Source of the DNA: Selaginella moellendorffii
Lineage: Eukaryota > Plantae > Lycopodiophyta
Assembly (NCBI RefSeq): GCF_000143415.4
Contig: NW_003314271.1
Span: 806,001-870,000 of the forward strand
Reading direction: 5' to 3'
Length of the DNA stretch: 64,000 nt
The translations under genes were made by a program, and so were the position numbers. Positions 57,631 to 64,000 of the stretch are shown in pieces. Each line of letters opens with the position of its first letter. Positions within the stretch are counted from its first letter, which is position 1. The notes beneath the pieces are model-generated. The model had not been told where the DNA came from. It worked only from the letters and a program-made list of their open reading frames with translations, and searched no databases.

Positions 57631-60600
57631 AACAAGGATCTGCCTAGTAGCGGCAATTCAATGTGACACAAGCAAGGAGCAAGGAGCACTCACTAGCAGG
57701 CTTGTTAGGAGAAATGGAGTTCAATTTGAAACCATAACTCTGATAATTTGAAGCATCACAAATTTTATATGGTTTAAACTATGATGAAGAGGTAAATGTT
57801 TTATATTGTATATCTTCTTTAAGCAGAGCAAAAGAAGAAAACTTAGGTGAAATGGAATTATACTTAAGCTTAAGCATCTAAAAAAGAAAGACCTGACTTA
57901 AGCAATGCCTGTCATAAACAAGTGTAAGGAAGTTAGGAACATTTATAAATTTATGTAGTATATAAGTAACATTTAAACGTTCTGGAAAATAACCCCCACT
58001 CAATATTGCATGCATTTACATTAAATTAACTATAGTTTCTTCCACTTATGACTATTTGTGCAAAGTAGAGTTGAGAGAGTGACATATGTTTATTCTTACT
58101 TACGCCTTTAGGGTTTGAGGCTAAGTTCTTTTCTATTCACTTCTCAATCTTTTTCTTTTCTTCTTCTCAATACTACATTCTTGTTTTTGTTTGTTTGTCA
58201 CTATTTTGCTAGTAGGGGTAAGAATGCGAGTATAGGCAAAAAAAACTTTATTCAAATTATCAAACACAAACTTCCTAGATGATTTGCCTCATATTGAAGT
58301 CTGTGTTGCCTCAATCCTTGTTATCTCACATCTTGGATCTTGAAATTAAACATCACTCACCTTGCTGTAGCATCACCATCTCAAACAAAAAATCAATTGA
58401 TAAAATAGTTAGTTGTATTTAGTAATCCATTTTCTCTTGAAGATAACTAACAAATTTATGAATGTTAATAATACAAAAGTATAACCATCTCATCAACACC
58501 ATTTTATCAAGATTAATATAACATTGAATTTCCAATGAAGGTCTAACAGATTATCAACCATTTGACTCACACAGATGAAAATTTTTACTTTCTTAATATC
58601 CCCATAGAGAAAATATTTCATCTCACTTTAATTTTAACTCCACAATATCAAGATTGTCAACATTAAAATAAAGTAAAAGAACCACCACTTTTTAACAATT
58701 GAGCACAACTCTTTAGCAATTGAGCTAACTAAAGTTAGACACCTTAGTAATATCCAAAATTAGTTCTTCCAATTTCAACTTAGTTATATATAATATATCA
58801 CTAATGAGTGAATTATCATGTTTAAGACTCAATGTAATCTAACATTATAAGCTAAACTCAACTAAGCAATACTAACAAAGTTAAGCTTACATGCTATAAA
58901 AAAAGAAAACCATACCAACCCAACAATACCATAGTAAAGCAAGTCTATCATTGTTAAGCCTAAACAAAGTGTAAATAGTCCTTAAATACAAACCATGTCT
59001 AGGAAGGATCCACTAATGCTATAATAAACAGCTAAGTACTAGTTTATTTACCAGTTTCAAGAACTTAAGAGACATTTAACTTTACCTACAATAATATAGT
59101 AATGACTCAAATTATAACCCTTATACATCATCTGACAAGCCCAAACAAAAATTCATATAAAATGGTACATCCCAAAATTCACACTCCCTAAGACAATACA
59201 ACATGAGTATAATATAGTACATGATAGTTTATATTAAAATTCAAGAGACATATATGAACCCACAACAACTAAATATGTACATAATAAGATTTTTATTTAC
59301 ATATGTAGTTGCCATCACATTAAATAGTAATTCTTTGATTTCAAATGTAGCACATGTAATTTTTAACCTTATACTCCATGGCCATAAAGCCAAATCTAAC
59401 CTTTGAACAAATGTAATGGAGTGAAACTTAGTTTTAGAGCATTGAGCCATTGAAAAAAAGGATGGAATTGAATTCCCAAAGTATGTAACTAATAAGTATA
59501 TGAGCATTCAACAACCAGATGTTTTAAACATTAAATTTTTATAAGGATTTTTGTGTATAAGATATTCAATAACAAATTTATAATTCAAGCAAGATCTAAA
59601 TTTTTATGTGAATAAAAATTATTTAAAAACAACTTAAAGTATTTGGATCTCAATGCTAAGATTGACACATAAAACAAAGCTAAATATAGTCTAATACAAT
59701 TTTAATATAGTAGTGGGTTAACACAACTTCACTAGATTATCCTTATAACTTGCTAAATATAAAATAGTGCTAAATCATAAATCTAAACATAGGAACAACA
59801 CTATTGTGTTTTGAACACTCTTATAAATGTGCTTAATTGATATAGCAAGTGTAATGCAAATATGGTAAGCTATTATTTTATGTTTATCTAGTCTAATTGC
59901 ATATATGATGACTAGTGATGAAATGATTTCTACATTTTGGTCCTAAATGAGACTAACACAAAGGGCATGATAGCAAAGGTGTTTGAGAGACACGGTAAAC
60001 TAGCATCTAGCGATATTGAGAGATTAGTCTCAATATCGTGGGAGTTCTTGATACTAACAAGTGTAAACTAATGATGCGAGTTTCTCAAACTAGGCCAAAT
60101 ATGCTCAGCAAGAAACACATAGAGTTCCTACCTTATGTTTATCCAATTTAAGTGTAAGGTCATTGACCAGTTTCTCAACTAGCTCAAGTGGGAATGATAA
60201 AGGAAACCAACTGTACCGACTTCCTGCCATCATGGCAATAAGGAAAGAGTGTATGTAAGGACTGGCCGATAAATATCTTTCGATACCCAAAGTCATATTT
60301 GTGATAGTACCACTACAATGTCATTCCTTGGGGATATATAAGAAACTCATGTAAACACTGGATATTTTCCCAAGAATGATAAGTGGTAATCATTGTAAAG
60401 TGATCAAACTAATAATACACATCATCTTTAAGATTTCCATATGAGAACTTTGGCCGGCTATAAAGATTGCCAACAAGAGCAAGAGGAGTTGCACCACATG
60501 CCATGAATGTTGCTATTAACTGAGTTTGATTGTTCAACTATAACTACATAGAATTTAGTAACTATACCAATTGTTACTCTATAGTCAAAAGATGAGGAGG

Positions 60601-61269
60601 AGGAGGAGGAGGTTGCTTCTCTGTTATAAAGATGAATGAAAAGAAGAAAAACAAAAGAAAAAAAAATTGAAAAATTACAAAAAAAAGAGAGATTTAAATG
60701 ATGTAAAAGCCTAAATTAAAAGCATTCAACAATCAAAGTTGCCCCTCACCTCCACTAATATGAATGCATAAAATATAGAGATGGAATATAAATATGTGCA
60801 TATTCAATCAGCTTAAAATCCTAATTTATATACATGAGTGAGTGATATGGATTCAATGGCTATCAAAATTCCACTACACTAATATTAGTATATATTATTA
60901 TAGCCATACACTTGGACCATATATATATATATATATCCATGATATATCTAGTCTCTTCTGCTCCAAACTCCAAGACAAACTCCAAGTGGTATAAAATGTT
61001 TAGATATAAACAAATTTATAGTGGTAGAATATCTACTTTTGTAAGGGCAAAAAAGGTTCTTTTCCTTATCCGTTTGGCAGCACAAAATATCATATTCTTT
61101 ACATGGTGGAATGTGTGGTGTGCAGCATTCAAACTAAAATAGAAATGCTTCTCACGGTCCTTGCTATATTTAGCTGTTAAACTGATAGGTTAAAATATTA
61201 GAACTTGCGGAGCTCTTTGTCATTTAAGGCCCTGCGATCATTGGGGCTTGCGAGAGGCTTGAGTTTGAG

Positions 61270-62603
61270 ATGGCGACTGTTCGCGGGGTACCGCAGCAAG
61301 GTGAGTGGAGGCTAATTTTAAGATCAAGACTGAGGATAACGAGGATCTAAGGCAGACTTCGACATGGGGCAAATCGTCCAGGAAGCTTGCGCACGATGGC
61401 TCAAACCACCCGAAGTTTGTGACATACTTCGCAATTATCAGAGATACGGTTTCGATCTCAACCCTGTTCCTCCTAGCAGGCCTGCCAGTGAGTGCTCCTT
61501 TAGGCTTTGCCCTTTGCTTGTCTCACACTGACTTGCCACGCTACTAGGTGGATCCTTCAACTTGTTTGATCGCAAGGCTTTGAAATACTTTCAGAAGGAT
61601 GGCCACAACTGGAGGAAAAAGAAAGACGGCAAGGCTGTTCGCGAGGCTCACGAGCGGCTCAAGGTTTGCTTGTTATGAACGAGGCCATCACCATCCGTTC
61701 CTGATCTTGTGTGCAGTCTGGGAGCATTGACGTGCTGCATTGTTACTGCGCCCGTGGAGAGGAGGATCCGAATTTTCAACGGAGCTACTGGATGCTGGAA
61801 GGGTACATAGAGCTCTCTACAAAAAAACAAAGAAAAGAAAAAAAAGAGAGATGGAAATCCTTCTCACTTGTATTATCATGACTTGTATGTAGTGCTTATG
61901 AACACATTGTTCTTGTTCAGTACCTTCAAGTACACCAGGTCGGTGTTAAGGTGCTTTTCTTTTTCTAGTGCTCGAAGCTTTTCCTTTTCCAGGGTCGTAA
62001 ATCTGCATATAGAGCTCCAGAGCATCTGGAACCTCACGCAGAGTCACCCTCAATATTATCCTCGGAGCATGGCGATTCAAGTGACGATGTTGAGCAACTC
62101 TCCTCAAAGTATTCGATTCTGCCGGAAACTCAGGGGAGTTTCTTTCAATCCGATATTGATCTTAACGACCTCTTAGACCGTCCAGGTATACGAGTCAGAG
62201 TGGACATTTTGCTATCTGACACACGGCTCGATTCAAACTATCTGCAGACATGTTCCTCGGCCAGAAGGCGCTCACTCCTGCCGTGAGCTTGGACATGAGC
62301 GGATGGAAAGAAGTTCTGCGAAGTTATCGAGAGAATCCAACGAATGGCCCCGTCAAGCCAGAGGACGAGACGTTAGAGCAGCGTACTACCAGGGATGCAT
62401 TCCTGGAACAAGCCTCGCCCATAAAGTTTGAGGATGGAATGTTCAAGTTATCACCAAGAGCGAGTCTAAGTCCTAAAGCGATCATGGAAGTCTTATCTCC
62501 TCGGGGTCTGGGTCGCCAACCTCAGACACATTTCGAGGCTCAGCTGCGTGCTGCCACCGCTGAGAACGCCATGAAAACAGCACAAAGCCTCTCTCCGGTG
62601 TGA
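61270..62603 (+). CDS. Truncated CAMTA-like gene (CG-1 domain, no TIG/ankyrin/IQ seen); possibly a pseudogene
   Basis: LFDRKALKYFQKDGHNWRKKKDGKAVREAHERLK, IDVLHCYCARGEEDPNFQRSYWMLE; the visible frame ends at 62603. Confidence 0.75.
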
Positions 62604-63109
62604 ATTACATAGTCAGTTCTTTCGTTACATGTAATCTCTAACACGTCCATGCAGACAAAACGTGTTTCCTCTCCTCCGCCTGCGCAAAACGTCCTTGTGG
62701 ATATGGGGCGTGCTTCTCAACAGGTATTTAAGTTCCGCTTTCTCTCGCTGGCGAATCGACACGGGGAGCGCACTGGTTAAAAACTCTAAGCTTGTCAAAC
62801 AGGAGGGCAGAATCAAGCAACTGGCTAGTTTTGCACGATGGGCGCTCGAGCCCGCGCCCGCGGGCTGGAGCTCAGTTTGCCTCCTTCCAACGAAGAAACC
62901 AAGGTTTCGTCTCACGTATATATTTATCTCGCCTCTAGATTCTAAATGGCAGGTTCTCGTCTCCGGGACCGCTGGACGTGGGTAAGTGAGGCACCACGAG
63001 GTCGTTTGATAAACAAACAAGCCTGGCTGCGAGATTGGTGATGTGGGATTGCCAAAGGCGTGTAGCGTTATAATTTAAGAAAATCTAAAACAGTTTAGTT
63101 CAAAGCTTT

Positions 63110-63670
63110 TGTTCTTCTCGCGCAATCCGTAACAGATTCTGTGGCGTGACCTGCCGTCAGAGCGCCCGCGAGTAGATCAAAGCCTGTTTCTACAGTGGAG
63201 GTAATGCTTTCTGTCATGCCGCATTTTCCTGGGGGCGCTGCCAGATTTGATCAGCAATGGCTTGGCTGTGGCGATTGTTGACACTGGAGCGATTTTGATG
63301 CAGGGATTTGTTATGAGGACGCTGTCTCGGCCACGCTTGCATCCAATGTCTATCTCGGTCGGTATACACTTTCTTTCATACCTTGTGAATTTTTATCGAG
63401 ATTTTCTTTGTTAGATTATTACTTGGCCTACTTGTCCCACAGTATCTGATACGTGCTACATTGATATCCTCAAGAACAAGCCTCTGGTTTGTGTAAACGG
63501 ACAATATCTGAGGAGTCAAGTTGAGGGATCTTTGAACTCTGGTAAGTGCACTCTTGTTTTCTCCATTTTGAACTTAAAGCTATGTGTTTCTTGCACAGGG
63601 TCATAGATGTTTTAAACGTCCAAAATGCAAGCATCTAGCACCATGTAGTTCATTCTAGTATGTTATGTAG
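63110..63670 (+). pseudogene. Deleted/degenerate HisIE duplicate
   Basis: Matches 54560-55690 in pieces (GCCTGTTTCTACAGTGGAGGTAA, GATTTTGATGCAGGGATTTGTTA, GAACAAGCCTCTGG, CAAGTTGAGGGATCTTT), with large deletions. Confidence 0.85.
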
Positions 63671-63897
63671 AATGGAATGCAGGGCTCACAGGGCATATGC
63701 CTTGGGTACAAAAAACCAAGCAAGTGGTGAGAGTTTATAGTGGGGCCGAAATTTCCAGAAATCGACGCTGGGCGAAAGGGCAAAAGTCCTTTTTCTTTGA
63801 TCAAAATATTACCTTTACATGGTCAAACTAAAGTGGTGGAGGCGGCTATTTTTAGCTGTCAAAGAGGCATTGTTTTAGATTGATTTTTGTGTTTGAG

Positions 63898-64000
63898 ATG
63901 GCGATGCCGCAACAAGGTGAGTGGAGGAATTTCAAGATTGAAGACAAGAGATAACAAGGAGATTGAAGACTGGGAGATAACAAGGATCTGAGGCAATCGT
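63898..64000 (+). CDS. Start of another CAMTA-like copy (runs out of window)
   Basis: TTTGAGATGGCGA..CCGCAACAAG|GTGAGTGGAGG mirrors 61264-61310. Confidence 0.6.

Noticed and set aside
57700-61000. AT-rich block as a defined transposon
   Set aside because: Probably a decayed element, but no termini, TSD or protein motif could be supported.

Overview
Eukaryotic land-plant DNA. The compact genes with ~45-60 nt introns suggest the lycophyte Selaginella, but that is inference. The first half (1-32.6 kb) is a four-level transposon nest. An old, C>T-decayed non-autonomous LTR element (28149-32573) hosts a Ty3/gypsy chromovirus (1-28148). Its gag is split by a 21-kb DNA transposon (1725-22742; 24-bp TIRs, 4-bp TSD GAAA, Sola1-like transposase), which in turn holds a young copy of the same non-autonomous LTR family (4274-11797, TSD GTGAC). 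The main result is the Sola-like element. It carries a divergently transcribed, spliced cargo gene of >=1,615 codons that reconstructs in frame across 9 introns and the nested insertion, and appears to fuse a ParB/Srx-like domain, a degenerate amino-methyltransferase-like fold, an acidic tract and an FCP1/NIF HAD phosphatase-like domain. The element is also studded with >20 copies of a 22-bp palindrome (ATGGCRTGWGGCCWCAYGCCAT), mostly in introns and spacers: a candidate TE-encoded protein/binding-site system. The gypsy integrase contains two apparent spliceosomal introns. The second half (33.6-64 kb) is ordinary gene space: FtsHi5, a GH17 glucanase, an AGC-VIII kinase, FdC1, a carboxylesterase, PPOX2, an LLG-like gene, glyoxal oxidase, polygalacturonase and HisIE, ending in a rearranged HisIE/CAMTA duplication. 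All family assignments come from motif recognition by eye; no searches were run.
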